The notes: generated by a model from the letters alone, not told the origin. A stretch of 64,000 nucleotides of DNA from Longimicrobiales bacterium (GCA_965202805.1 OZ241869.1:3840001-3904000), one strand, 5' to 3'. Shown: positions 53,168 through 63,009, numbered from the stretch's first letter. Program-made: numbers and translations.

Positions 53168-54649
53168 CTACGGCGCCTGCCAGCTCCCGCGGCGCAGCAG
53201 TTCGCCGCTGCCCGCCCCGGCCAGGATCTCTCCGCCCTCATACACGACCTCTCCCCGGCGCAGCGTCATCACCGGCCAGCCCGTGACCTCCCATCCGGAA
53301 TAGACCGAGAAGCCGGTCCCGGAGAACATGTCCTCGTCGCGTATGGTGCGGGTCTCGTCCGGATCCCAGAGGACGATGTCGGCGTCCGAGCCCACCGCGA
53401 TCGTGCCCTTGCGCGGATAGAGGCCGAACAGCTTGGCGGCGTTGGTCGAGGTGACCGCCACGAAGCGCTCCTCGGAGATGCGTCCCCGTGCGACGCCCTC
53501 GGACCAGAGCATCGGCCGCACCACCTGGAGGTTGTTCAGGCCGGCCCGGTGCCGGCTGATGGTCTGCGACGGGTCCATCTTCTCTTCGCGGAAATACGCA
53601 ACGTGGTCGGTGCCGAGCACGTGCACGGATCCGCTCGCGATGCCCGCCCAAAGCGCGTCCTGGTCACGCTGCTCACGCAGCGGCGGCTGGCCGACGTAGA
53701 GCCCGCGGTCGGGTCCCTCGAAGCGCTGCCGGGTGAAGTGGAGGTAGATGGGGCGCGTCTCGACGAAGACGCTGAGCCCGCGGTCCCGGGCATCCTGAAG
53801 CACGCGAAGCGCGCCTTCGGAGGAGACGTGAACGGCGTAGATGGGCGCCCCGGTGGCCTCGGCCATGGCGACCGCGCGCTGGGTGGCCACCACTTCGCCC
53901 ACCACCGGCCGGCTGTCCGGGAAGTACTCGAGCGAGGTGCGTCCAGCGGCGGTGAGCTCGGCGACCGCGCGGGCGAGGATGGGTCCGTCCTCGCAGTGCA
54001 CCATGGTCATGATGCCGGCGCCCCCCGCCGCGTCCATGGTCGCCATGTAGTCGGGCACTTCGGCGTCGAACACGGTCCGCACCATGAAGATCTTGGTGCT
54101 GGTCTGGCCGGTTTCGGCGGCCAGGGTGGTCATCTGGCCTTCCTGGGCTGCGGGGTCGTTGATGCCCGCGTGCAGGATGACGTCCGCGATCGCCTGCTCG
54201 CGGATGAGCGCCGCCTCGCGCTCGATGGCCTGGGCGAGGGTCCGCCCCGCGGCCGGAAAGGCGAAGTTCGAGATGGTGGTGATGCCCCCCGCCAGGGCCG
54301 CCTGCGAGCCGGTGCGGTAGTCGTCGCGGAGGCGTCCCCCCAGGTGGACGTGCGGATCCACCCCGCCGGGCATGACCAGCAGCCCGGTGGCGTTGATCGC
54401 GCGGGCGCCGGCCCCCGCGGCCAGCCCGGTGCCGATCTCCACGATGATCCCGTCCCGCACCCGGACGTCGGCATCGAACCGCCCCTCCGAGGTGACTACG
54501 GTACCGCCGCTGATGAGGATCTCCTGTGCGGCCAGGCCGCGCGCGAGCGGTCCCGATGCGACCAGGGTGGCGGACAGGAGGGTGGGGAGCGTCATGCCCG
54601 GCGACAGAACGGTGCGGACGCGGCTGGAGAAGTCCAACAGGCGAGTCAT
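53168..54649 (-). CDS. Dihydropyrimidinase/hydantoinase-like cyclic amidohydrolase with an N-terminal signal-like extension
   Basis: PGGVDPHVH, GGITT, KIFM (carbamylated Lys), HCED, HVSS, TDH, NAAKLFGLYPRKG, GSDAD. Confidence 0.88.
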   Translation of the reverse strand: MTRLLDFSSRVRTVLSPGMTLPTLLSATLVASGPLARGLAAQEILISGGTVVTSEGRFDADVRVRDGIIVEIGTGLAAGAGARAINATGLLVMPGGVDPHVHLGGRLRDDYRTGSQAALAGGITTISNFAFPAAGRTLAQAIEREAALIREQAIADVILHAGINDPAAQEGQMTTLAAETGQTSTKIFMVRTVFDAEVPDYMATMDAAGGAGIMTMVHCEDGPILARAVAELTAAGRTSLEYFPDSRPVVGEVVATQRAVAMAEATGAPIYAVHVSSEGALRVLQDARDRGLSVFVETRPIYLHFTRQRFEGPDRGLYVGQPPLREQRDQDALWAGIASGSVHVLGTDHVAYFREEKMDPSQTISRHRAGLNNLQVVRPMLWSEGVARGRISEERFVAVTSTNAAKLFGLYPRKGTIAVGSDADIVLWDPDETRTIRDEDMFSGTGFSVYSGWEVTGWPVMTLRRGEVVYEGGEILAGAGSGELLRRGSWQAP

Positions 54650-54763
54650 GGCGTCCTCCGGGTCGGCGGGTCGCGGCGGTGAAGGGACACGATAGCCGAG
54701 CCTGATGCCCGACCGCCAGAAGAACACCGGCTGAGAGCCACATGGACGGCGCCCGCGTGGCGG

Positions 54764-55438
54764 TTACCCCGGAACGATCTCCCCGACCCCTGCGAACACG
54801 GCACGCGGCGTATACCCGGCGAACTTCTCCGCCGGCGTCGTCCCCGTCAGAACCGCGACGAATCCCGTGCCTGCGTCGTGCGCGGCCCGCGCGTCCACCT
54901 CTGAATCCCCGACGAAGACGCAGTCATCCGTCGCAACGCCCAACGCGCCGGCCGCCCGGAGCAGCCCGTCGGGGGCGGGCTTGGGCCGGGGCACGTCGTC
55001 GCTCCCGACGACCACATCCACAAACCCGAGCAGCCCGTCGCGCTCCAGCGCCTCCTCGACCCGCCGCCGGTACTTGGTCGACACCACACCGAGCCGGTAT
55101 CCCGCGCCGTGGAGCGTCCCGAGCACCCGCGCCGCGCCGGGCAGAAACACGGTGCTGGCGACCATGACCTCGTCCGCCTTCCTCGTGAAGTGCCCGAGGA
55201 ACTCCTCTCCCCGGGGCTTCCACTCCCCGCCCGCGAGGACCCCGAGCACCGTGATCAGGTCGAGCCCGATGGTGCGGCGGATGGCGTCCTCGGGGGCAGG
55301 GGGAAGCCCCAGCCGGGCCAGCGCGTGATTCATGCACACCACGACCCCCGAGGAGGAATCCGCGAGCGTAAAATCGAAATCGAAGAACACGGCGCGGGCG
55401 TCCGCGACCGCGGGGTGGATTGCGGGTTGTGTCGGCAT
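54764..55438 (-). CDS. HAD-family hydrolase (phosphoglycolate phosphatase-like)
   Basis: DFDFTL, ST, KP.P and GDSEVD motifs. Confidence 0.88.
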   Translation of the reverse strand: MPTQPAIHPAVADARAVFFDFDFTLADSSSGVVVCMNHALARLGLPPAPEDAIRRTIGLDLITVLGVLAGGEWKPRGEEFLGHFTRKADEVMVASTVFLPGAARVLGTLHGAGYRLGVVSTKYRRRVEEALERDGLLGFVDVVVGSDDVPRPKPAPDGLLRAAGALGVATDDCVFVGDSEVDARAAHDAGTGFVAVLTGTTPAEKFAGYTPRAVFAGVGEIVPG

Positions 55439-55626
55439 CCGGTCGTCTTTGTCGGCGATTGTCTTTGTCGGTCCGGGGTTTCCGGGAACGGCAGCTCCGA
55501 GGAAGGAAGATAACGCGGATCGGCAGCGTGGTTGCCCGGACGGTCCCCGGGAGTAGCTTCAGGATTGTGGGCGGCGAACGGAAGTTGGCCGCGTCTCCGT
55601 CCCCGGCAGAACAGGAGGATGACGCG

Positions 55627-57594
55627 ATGAAGCATCTGGCATGGACGGTCGCAGTCGCGGCCCTGGCACTCGTCGCCTGGCGCGGATCCGGGGCGGACGC
55701 CGCGGAGGAAGCCACGGCCGGCGCGGAGGGCGGCGTGTTCGCAACCATCGCGCCCTTCAACAGCTACGGCCACGTCCACGACGCCGACAACGTCGAGGCC
55801 ATGCGTCCGCGGGTCATGGGCACCCACGGGGTGATCTCCTCCGGGCACTACCTGGCCACACAGGCCGGATACGATGTGCTCCGGGCCGGAGGCAACGCCT
55901 TCGACGCGGGGGTGACGGCGGGCATGGCGCTCAAGGCGGTCAAGATGGACTACGCGGGATGGACGGGCGTCGCGCCGCTCATCCTCTACAGCGCCGCGGA
56001 GGGCCGGGTGATCACCCGCGTCGGGGCAGGGACCTCGCCCGCGCTCGCCACCCTCGACTACTTCCTGGAGCACGGGAAGTCGCCCATCAACAACGCGCTC
56101 ATCCCCGCGGACGTCGACGTCTGGCTCGCCGCGCTCGACCGCTTCGGCACCCTCAGCTTCAGCGAAGCCGCTCAGCCGACACTGCGGATCGCGGAGGAGG
56201 GGTATCACCTCTACAAGATGCAGAAGTGGATGATCGAGGATCAGATGGAGGCGATCCTCGCGTTCCCCTACAACCGCGACTTCTGGTTCCAGAACGGTGT
56301 CGGCGAGCAGCGTCTGGGCGACCTCATGCTCAACGCCGACCTGGGGCGGCTCATCCGCTACATGATGGAGGCCGAGCAACAGACGCTGGCCGCGGGCGGA
56401 AGCCGCTCCGAGGGGATCCGCGCCGCACGCGATGCCTTCTACGCGGGCGATCCGGCGCGCGATGTCGACCGCTTCTTCCGTGAACAGGGCGGGATCGTGC
56501 GCTACGAGGACCTGGCGGGATACGAGAGCCGCTGGGAGGAGCCCCTGGGCACGAGCTTCCACGGCTACGACGTCTACACGGGCGACGGATGGAGCCAGGG
56601 ACCGCGCATCGTCCTGATGCTCAACATGCTCGAGAACTACGACCTGCGCGCGCTCGGCTACAACACGCCGGAGTACATCCATCTCGTGTCCCAGGTCATC
56701 AACCTGGCGATGGCGGATGCGCACAAGTACGTGGGGGATCCGGATTTCGCGCCCGCGCCGGAGGGCCTGTACGGGAAGGAGTACGCGCGCGAGCGCATCG
56801 CGCTCATCGACGAGAAGAGCGCGTTTCAGGACATGCCGCCGTGGGGAGATCCGGCGGCGATGGCGGCGGTGGCGGACGGCGCTCCGGCGAGCTTCGTGAT
56901 GGCGGAGGCGCCGGCCGGGGGTTCAATGGCGGCGCTCGCCAGGGCCGTGTTCGAAGGGCAGGCGGACGCGCGGATGTCGAACGGGGAAGGGGACGGGTCG
57001 GCCCATTCCATCGACACCTCGTCTCTGAACGTCATGGACGGCGAGGGAAACCTGTTCTCCCTGACCGAGAGCGACGGGCATACCGGCACGCCCATGATCC
57101 CGGGATGGGGCTTCGGGCTCGGCAATCGCATGGGCCAGTTCAACCTGGACCCGGAGCTGGCCAACGTCATGGCGCCCGGCAAGCGCCCGCGCAACACCAA
57201 CTCGCCGCTTCTGGTGATGAAGGATGGGCAGCCGTTCATGGGTCTCTCCACCCCCGGCGGCGATCAGCAGCTGCAGTCGCTGCTGCAGGTCTTTCTGAAC
57301 GTCGTGGTATGGGGGATGTCACCCGAGCAGGCCGTGGACCAGCCCCGCTTCGGCAGCTACAACTTCCCGGGATCGGGAAGCGAGGTGAACCGCAGTCCCG
57401 CGCTGCTCCGCATGGAGGACCGCATTCCGGCGGAGACGGCGGAAGCGCTGCGCGCGATGGGGCACGACGTGCAGTCCTGGGGCCTGTGGAACTGGCGCGC
57501 GTGCGCGCCGACGGTGACCTGGCGCGACCCGGAGACCGGATTGATGGTCGCGGCGGGGGACGTGCGGCGGGAGACGGCGTCGCTCGGATTCTGA
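55627..57594 (+). CDS. Exported gamma-glutamyltransferase-family Ntn hydrolase
   Basis: Signal peptide, GGNAFDA, YVGDP, DTSSLNVMD (Thr nucleophile), PGKRP, TPGG; AGGAGG RBS. Confidence 0.9.
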   Translation: MKHLAWTVAVAALALVAWRGSGADAAEEATAGAEGGVFATIAPFNSYGHVHDADNVEAMRPRVMGTHGVISSGHYLATQAGYDVLRAGGNAFDAGVTAGMALKAVKMDYAGWTGVAPLILYSAAEGRVITRVGAGTSPALATLDYFLEHGKSPINNALIPADVDVWLAALDRFGTLSFSEAAQPTLRIAEEGYHLYKMQKWMIEDQMEAILAFPYNRDFWFQNGVGEQRLGDLMLNADLGRLIRYMMEAEQQTLAAGGSRSEGIRAARDAFYAGDPARDVDRFFREQGGIVRYEDLAGYESRWEEPLGTSFHGYDVYTGDGWSQGPRIVLMLNMLENYDLRALGYNTPEYIHLVSQVINLAMADAHKYVGDPDFAPAPEGLYGKEYARERIALIDEKSAFQDMPPWGDPAAMAAVADGAPASFVMAEAPAGGSMAALARAVFEGQADARMSNGEGDGSAHSIDTSSLNVMDGEGNLFSLTESDGHTGTPMIPGWGFGLGNRMGQFNLDPELANVMAPGKRPRNTNSPLLVMKDGQPFMGLSTPGGDQQLQSLLQVFLNVVVWGMSPEQAVDQPRFGSYNFPGSGSEVNRSPALLRMEDRIPAETAEALRAMGHDVQSWGLWNWRACAPTVTWRDPETGLMVAAGDVRRETASLGF

Positions 57595-57595
57595 G

Positions 57596-59380
57596 GTGGG
57601 CATGCTGGAGCAGGCCATGCGCGGCCGCCGACAGTCCATCCCCGGGATGATTCCGGCCACGGTCCGTCGATCCAGGCCCTTCCCTCACACGCCTGCGGCC
57701 CTGCTTCTGTTCGCGTTGTCGGGATGCGCCGCGCCGAGCTTGGACACCGCAGGCTTCTCCGTGGTCGAGGCGAGCATTCCGGAGCTGCAGGCGGCGATGG
57801 AGCGCGGGGAACTCACCTCGCGTCAGCTGGTGACGGAGTACCTGGTACGCATCGGGCTGTATGAGGACCGGCTGAACGCGGCCGTCTCGATCAACCCGAA
57901 TGCGCTGGCGGAGGCGGAGGCGCTGGACGCCGAGCGGGCGGGCGGCGAGGTTCGCGGGCCGCTGCACGGGATTCCGGTGGCGCTCAAGGACAACATCCAC
58001 ACCACCCACCTCCCCACCACCGGGGGTGCCCTCGCGTTCGAGGGGTACGTGCCGCCGTACGAGGCCACCCTGACCGCGAACCTGCGGGACGCCGGCGCGA
58101 TCATCATCGCCAAGGCCGGCCTCACCGAGTTCGCCAACTGGATGGCGGGCCCGCCCAGGCAGATGCCGGGCAACTACAACGCCCTCACCGGATTTGCCTA
58201 CAACCCGTACGATCCCCGCCGCGACCCGCGACCCGGCACCAGCGACGGCCGCCCCGCGCTCAGCACCGGCGGCTCGAGCTCCGGGGTCGGCACGGCGGCG
58301 AGCTTCTGGGCCGGAAACGTCGGGACCGACACCGGGGGCTCGGTGATCAGCCCGTCCAACGCGAACATGCTGGTGGGGATCCGGCCGACGCTGGGGCGCA
58401 TCAGCCGCTGGGGCATCGCGCCGGTCACCCTCGACCACGACATGGCCGGCCCCATGACCCGCACGGTGGCCGACGCGGCGATCCTGCTGGGCGGGATGGA
58501 GAGCACGGCGCCCGACCCCAACGACCCCGCCACCGCCATCTGCGAGCCGCCCCCGGACCGCGACTACACGCAGTTCCTGAACCCGGACGGCCTGCGGGGG
58601 GCACGCATCGGCATCCCGCGCGCGTTCTACTACGATCCGGTCCGCCTTGAGGGAGAGGACGGCACCCGCGGCGGGCTCACCGAGGCGCAGGCCGTCCTCA
58701 TGGCGGAGGCGATCGCGGTGCTCGAGTCCCAGGGCGCGGTGGTCGTGGATCCCGCCGAGGTGCCCAGCTACGCCCATCCCGACCCGGACTCGAATTTCGC
58801 CGCCTGGGGCTTCTGCGCGGGCGCGCACCAGGCGAAGGGCTCCGACCAGCGCTGCTCGGTGAACTTCAAGTACGGCGCCAAGCGCGACTTCAACGCCTGG
58901 CTGGAGAGCCTGGGCCCGGACGCGCCCGTGACGACGCTGACCGAACTGCGCCAGTGGAATCTCGACCACGCGGACGCCGGCGCGGCCAGGTACGGGCAGT
59001 CGCGCTTCGACATCTCCGACGAGATGGACGTGGAGGCGGACCGTGCCCGCAACGAGGCCGACATGGCGCGCGACGAGCTGCTGAGCCGCACCCGGGGCAT
59101 CGACGCAGTGCTCGCGGAGCACGAACTGGACGCGATCTTCACCCCGGGCAGCCGGGGGGCCGGTCTCGCCGCCCGCTCGGGCACCCCGATCGTGGTGGTG
59201 CCCTTCGGGTTCGTGCCCAACGAGCCGGCGACGCCCTTCCGGGAGGGATTCGATGCACGGCCCGCGCCCTTCGGGGTGGGGTTCACCGGGGCCAACTGCA
59301 GCGAGCCCCGCCTGATCGAGCTGGCATACGCGTTCGAGCAGGCCACGCGCCGCCGGGTGCCGCCTCCGGGGTTTCCCTGA
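57596..59380 (+). CDS. Amidase-signature family lipoprotein
   Basis: Lipobox LSGC, GPLHGIPVALKD, GGSSSG, GTDTGGS; start uncertain (57596-57647). Confidence 0.92.
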   Translation: MGMLEQAMRGRRQSIPGMIPATVRRSRPFPHTPAALLLFALSGCAAPSLDTAGFSVVEASIPELQAAMERGELTSRQLVTEYLVRIGLYEDRLNAAVSINPNALAEAEALDAERAGGEVRGPLHGIPVALKDNIHTTHLPTTGGALAFEGYVPPYEATLTANLRDAGAIIIAKAGLTEFANWMAGPPRQMPGNYNALTGFAYNPYDPRRDPRPGTSDGRPALSTGGSSSGVGTAASFWAGNVGTDTGGSVISPSNANMLVGIRPTLGRISRWGIAPVTLDHDMAGPMTRTVADAAILLGGMESTAPDPNDPATAICEPPPDRDYTQFLNPDGLRGARIGIPRAFYYDPVRLEGEDGTRGGLTEAQAVLMAEAIAVLESQGAVVVDPAEVPSYAHPDPDSNFAAWGFCAGAHQAKGSDQRCSVNFKYGAKRDFNAWLESLGPDAPVTTLTELRQWNLDHADAGAARYGQSRFDISDEMDVEADRARNEADMARDELLSRTRGIDAVLAEHELDAIFTPGSRGAGLAARSGTPIVVVPFGFVPNEPATPFREGFDARPAPFGVGFTGANCSEPRLIELAYAFEQATRRRVPPPGFP

Positions 59381-59425
59381 GCACCGACCGTGCCAAGCAT
59401 TCCTTCCCCGACCGGAGACGAGACG

Positions 59426-60430
59426 ATGAAGAAGTTGCTCCTGCTCGCCCTGTCCCTCACCTTCGCGATGCCCGTCCTCGCCCAGAACCACGCGCCCAAC
59501 CCCTACCGCGCCGTGCCGGACGTGTGGGGCGAACTGCCCGAGGGCCGCACCTGGGGCTCGACCAGCGCCGTGTATCCCGCCGCCGACGGCAACATCTGGG
59601 TTGCGGAGCGGTGCGGGGAGAACACCTGCGTGGGGCACGACGACCTCGATCCCATCCTCCTCTTCGACGTCGACGGCAACCTGCTGCGCAGCTTCGGCGC
59701 GGGGATGTTCGAGTGGCCGCACGGCATTCATGTCGACCCCGACGGCAACCTCTGGGTCACCGACGCGCGCGGGGGCGAGCGGCGCGGCCACCAGATCCAC
59801 AAGTTCAGCCCCGAGGGCGAGCTGCTCATGAGCCTGGGCCAGGCCGGGGTGGCTGGCACCGGACCCGACACCTTCGATCAGCCCTCCGACGTCCTGGTGG
59901 CACCCAACGGCGACATCTTCGTGGCCGACGGCCACGGAGCGGGCGGCAACAACCGCATCGTCAAGTTCAACAGCGCGGGCGACTTCATCATGGAGTGGGG
60001 CCGCACCGGCTCCGAGAATGGCGAGTTCCGCGATCCCCACGCGCTGGCGATGGATTCACGCGGCCGGCTCTTCGTCGGCGACCGCAAGAACAACCGCCTG
60101 CAGGTCTTCGACCAGGACGGCAACCATCTGGACACCTGGACCCAGTTCGGCCGGCCCAGCGGGCTCTTCGTCGACGCCAACGACGTGCTCTACTCGGCCG
60201 ACTCCGAGTCCTCCACCGGCGGCGGCATCCCCAACGCCGGCTGGGTGCGCGGGATCCGCATCGGCAGCGTGGTGGACGGGCTGGTCACCTCCTTCATCCC
60301 GGACCCCGACTGGCACGTGACCGTGCGGGGCACCACCGGAGCCGAGGGGGTGGCGGCCGACGCCTTCGGCAACATCTACGGGGCGGAGGTGGGGCCGCGC
60401 ATGCTCCGCAAGTACATGCGGGTGCGGTAG
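59426..60430 (+). CDS. Exported NHL-repeat beta-propeller, peptidyl-alpha-hydroxyglycine alpha-amidating lyase (PAL)-like
   Basis: Signal peptide (VLA-Q), NHL repeats PHGIHVD, FDQPSDV, FRDPHAL, DRKNNRLQVFD. Confidence 0.88.
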   Translation: MKKLLLLALSLTFAMPVLAQNHAPNPYRAVPDVWGELPEGRTWGSTSAVYPAADGNIWVAERCGENTCVGHDDLDPILLFDVDGNLLRSFGAGMFEWPHGIHVDPDGNLWVTDARGGERRGHQIHKFSPEGELLMSLGQAGVAGTGPDTFDQPSDVLVAPNGDIFVADGHGAGGNNRIVKFNSAGDFIMEWGRTGSENGEFRDPHALAMDSRGRLFVGDRKNNRLQVFDQDGNHLDTWTQFGRPSGLFVDANDVLYSADSESSTGGGIPNAGWVRGIRIGSVVDGLVTSFIPDPDWHVTVRGTTGAEGVAADAFGNIYGAEVGPRMLRKYMRVR

Positions 60431-60502
60431 GCCGGACCGAACCCGGCCGGGCACGGCAGAGTTTTCCCACAGGGACTGACTTCCGACGAAAGAGAGCCTC
60501 TC

Positions 60503-60604
60503 ATGCGCACTGCGAAAAAAACCGGTTGGCTGCGATTCTGGCTGGCGTGGATCATCCCCATTGTGATTGTGTGGATCGTCCTCAGCATCAGGATCGAGTT
60601 CTGA
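60503..60604 (+). CDS. Putative 33-aa single-TM microprotein (not in the ORF track)
   Basis: MRTAKKTGWLRFWLAWIIPIVIVWIVLSIRIEF; purine-rich GAAAGAGAG upstream. Confidence 0.45.
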   Translation: MRTAKKTGWLRFWLAWIIPIVIVWIVLSIRIEF

Positions 60605-60620
60605 CTCGCCGCCCGGTGCC

Positions 60621-62042
60621 CTACCGCCTCCAGACCCCAACCCCGTTCTCGTAGACGATCTCCGTCCCGAACGGCCGCGACAGCTCCGCCAGGTGCTCGA
60701 TGATCCTGCGGCCCAGCTCCTCGGGGGCGATGCGCGGCGTGCCCCGCTGCGACCGGGGCGCCTTCCAGCCCAGCTCGATCGGGTGGAAGACGATCTCCAC
60801 CGCCTCGCTCCCCTCGAAGGTCACCACCGGCACCACGCTCTCGTACCAACGTGAGTCGGTTGGGAAGCCGGTGGTGGGGTTGCCGTCCTCGTCCACCTGG
60901 AAGCGGGTGTCGTAGATCTCCGAGGCGAGCCGGTCCAGCGGGAGGCCGTAGCGGTCGCGCTGGTCGGACGGCATCGGGTCGATGGTCTCGTTCTGGAAGA
61001 TGAAGTCGCCGAGCGAGTAGAAGATGGGCCGGCCGTTATGGATGTCGACGCCGCGCAGCTGGTGCGGCCCGTGGATGATGAAGGTCGCGGCCCCGGCGTC
61101 GATGACCTGGCGCGCGAACTCGACCATCCAGTCGGGCGGCGTCATGAAGGCGTTGCCGGGCTCGTGCGAGTGGCTGTTGGCGACCACGTAGTCGCCCTGA
61201 TCGGTGGCGTTGCGCACCTCGTGCAGCACCCGCTCCCGGTCGACGTCGTTCAGCGTGACCACCGTGCGGTCCTCGTCGCCGGGATACACCGTGATCCCGA
61301 ACACCCGCACGGCCACCCCTTCGTCGTCGGACACTTCGACCCCTTGGGAGCGCGCCACCTCCCGCAGGGCCTCCATGGTCGCGGGCGATCCCTCGTGGCG
61401 GGTGCTCAGCCGGAGCGCGTTCAGCCCCGGGCGGCCCTGAACGGTGGGCCCGGCCCTGCCCGCGCGCGACATCGGTGTGTGGGTCGAGGCCATCCCGATC
61501 AGCGCTACGCGGCCCTTGGGCGTCTCCAGGTACCCGGGGCGGCTGGCCCATCCCAGGTTCTCCCCCGCCCCGGCGTGCACCAGCCCCCACTCGTCCATGA
61601 GCCGGCCCGTCAGGCGCATCCCCTCCACCCCGTAGTCGGTGGTGTGGTTGTTGGCCCGGTTGAAGAGGTCGAACCCCATGTCCACCAGGTCCTTCAGCGT
61701 CTCGGGCGATCCCACCTCGTAATTGCCCCCGTTCTCGGCCGCCGGCCAGCCGGTGAACTCCTCCAGGCGGAAGACCGACTGCTCCAGGTTCATGAAGGCG
61801 GCGTCCGCTCCCTGAATGACGTCGACCAGCTCCTGGAAGGCGGGATCTCCGGGATGATCGAACTGCATCACGCGGCGGTTCATGATCACGTCGCCCGCCC
61901 CCGCCAGCGTCCAGCGGGTTTCGGAGTCGATGGGCGAGCGAGTCTGGGCGTGTCCCGTCAGCGGGACTGCGATCAGCATGACGGTGGCGACGATCATCGC
62001 GACGCCACGCCGGGACTCGAGTTTGGCCAGGATCACGCGCAT
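60621..62042 (-). CDS. Exported CapA-family metallophosphatase-like protein
   Basis: Signal peptide, GDVI, NLE, ANNHTTDYG, HSHE, HGPH, YSLGDF. Confidence 0.9.
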   Translation of the reverse strand: MRVILAKLESRRGVAMIVATVMLIAVPLTGHAQTRSPIDSETRWTLAGAGDVIMNRRVMQFDHPGDPAFQELVDVIQGADAAFMNLEQSVFRLEEFTGWPAAENGGNYEVGSPETLKDLVDMGFDLFNRANNHTTDYGVEGMRLTGRLMDEWGLVHAGAGENLGWASRPGYLETPKGRVALIGMASTHTPMSRAGRAGPTVQGRPGLNALRLSTRHEGSPATMEALREVARSQGVEVSDDEGVAVRVFGITVYPGDEDRTVVTLNDVDRERVLHEVRNATDQGDYVVANSHSHEPGNAFMTPPDWMVEFARQVIDAGAATFIIHGPHQLRGVDIHNGRPIFYSLGDFIFQNETIDPMPSDQRDRYGLPLDRLASEIYDTRFQVDEDGNPTTGFPTDSRWYESVVPVVTFEGSEAVEIVFHPIELGWKAPRSQRGTPRIAPEELGRRIIEHLAELSRPFGTEIVYENGVGVWRR

Positions 62043-62067
62043 GGGAGTCCTCCGGAAACAGACTGTG

Positions 62068-62511
62068 TCACTGGAAACGTGCATCCCAAACTACGTCGAT
62101 GACCTCGGCCACGCTCACACGCACGAAGTCCGGGTGCGACGGGTTGAGGATCACGTTCCAACCCCAGGGCTGCGCGACGAAGGAGGGAACCTGGAGCGCT
62201 ACGGATCGTCCGGATGCCACCCACTCCGCTCCGATTGCGCGCGACCGGGCAGCGTTGCGCCAGTTGGGGTACTCGGCTTCGCTCAGCCTGGGCACGGCGC
62301 ATTCCTCGGGAATCACGATGCGAGAGGCGAACTGGGCAGCCGGGACTTTCCCTGTCGTCGTGTGCGCCATCTGCTCCAGCAGGGCTCCCTCGTACGCCAG
62401 TGAGGCATACACCATGCGCACGCCCGGGGGATTCCAGCGTCCGCCGAAGATGCCGGCGCCGATTCCCCCCAGCGCCGGGTAGTCTCGAGGGTGGACTCGA
62501 TAGACGTCCAA
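62068..62511 (-). CDS. RES-domain toxin
   Basis: YR, GGRWN, VYAS, LLE, VPS, NVILNP.HPDF. Confidence 0.92.
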   Translation of the reverse strand: MDVYRVHPRDYPALGGIGAGIFGGRWNPPGVRMVYASLAYEGALLEQMAHTTTGKVPAAQFASRIVIPEECAVPRLSEAEYPNWRNAARSRAIGAEWVASGRSVALQVPSFVAQPWGWNVILNPSHPDFVRVSVAEVIDVVWDARFQ

Positions 62512-62514
62512 CCG

Positions 62515-63009
62515 TCAGGCCGGGAGACCGAAATGCAGCGAGTACAGAATGTGCTCGACCTGCCGTGTTCCGACCTCGGACAGTGCTCGGTCGATGGGAC
62601 GCGCGCCGCCCAGCATAGGGTGTCGGCAGGTCAGCCATTCCGCAGCCCACTCGTCGTTTCCCCATACGTACGCGGCCAGCGCGATGACGGAGGCCACCCG
62701 GAGCACCGTACCGCCTTCATCTTCCTTGAGACGTTCCCGTCGCTGCAACGTTGCCCGGGGTACGATTCCGTTGACGTACTCGGAAGCACGCCGAACGCCG
62801 AAACGCTTCAACTCGGCTTGAAGCTGCTTGACCGCTTCGGCCGGCAGCCCCTCCGCAACGGCCTCGCGCACCACTTCGAGGCCGGAGCCTTCGCCGTAGA
62901 CCGGGCTCGACTCCCGGACCATTCGTCCGGCGAGCTCCCTGAGGTTGAAGGAGTCACCGCAGTCGCCGTGTGACGTTGGCATCGTCTCACTTGTTGGTTT
63001 GCGTGCCAT
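62515..63009 (-). CDS. Xre/MbcA/ParS-type antitoxin
   Basis: GLP, IVPRATLQRR HTH, A.EWL...HPMLGG.RPID; 3 bp upstream of the RES gene; start may be 62982. Confidence 0.9.
   Translation of the reverse strand: MARKPTSETMPTSHGDCGDSFNLRELAGRMVRESSPVYGEGSGLEVVREAVAEGLPAEAVKQLQAELKRFGVRRASEYVNGIVPRATLQRRERLKEDEGGTVLRVASVIALAAYVWGNDEWAAEWLTCRHPMLGGARPIDRALSEVGTRQVEHILYSLHFGLPA

Noticed and set aside
55627..62042. Poly-gamma-glutamate capsule locus (CapA plus CapD-like GGT)
   Set aside because: No capB or capC synthetase genes; the two genes are on opposite strands and CapA-like proteins are common stand-alone
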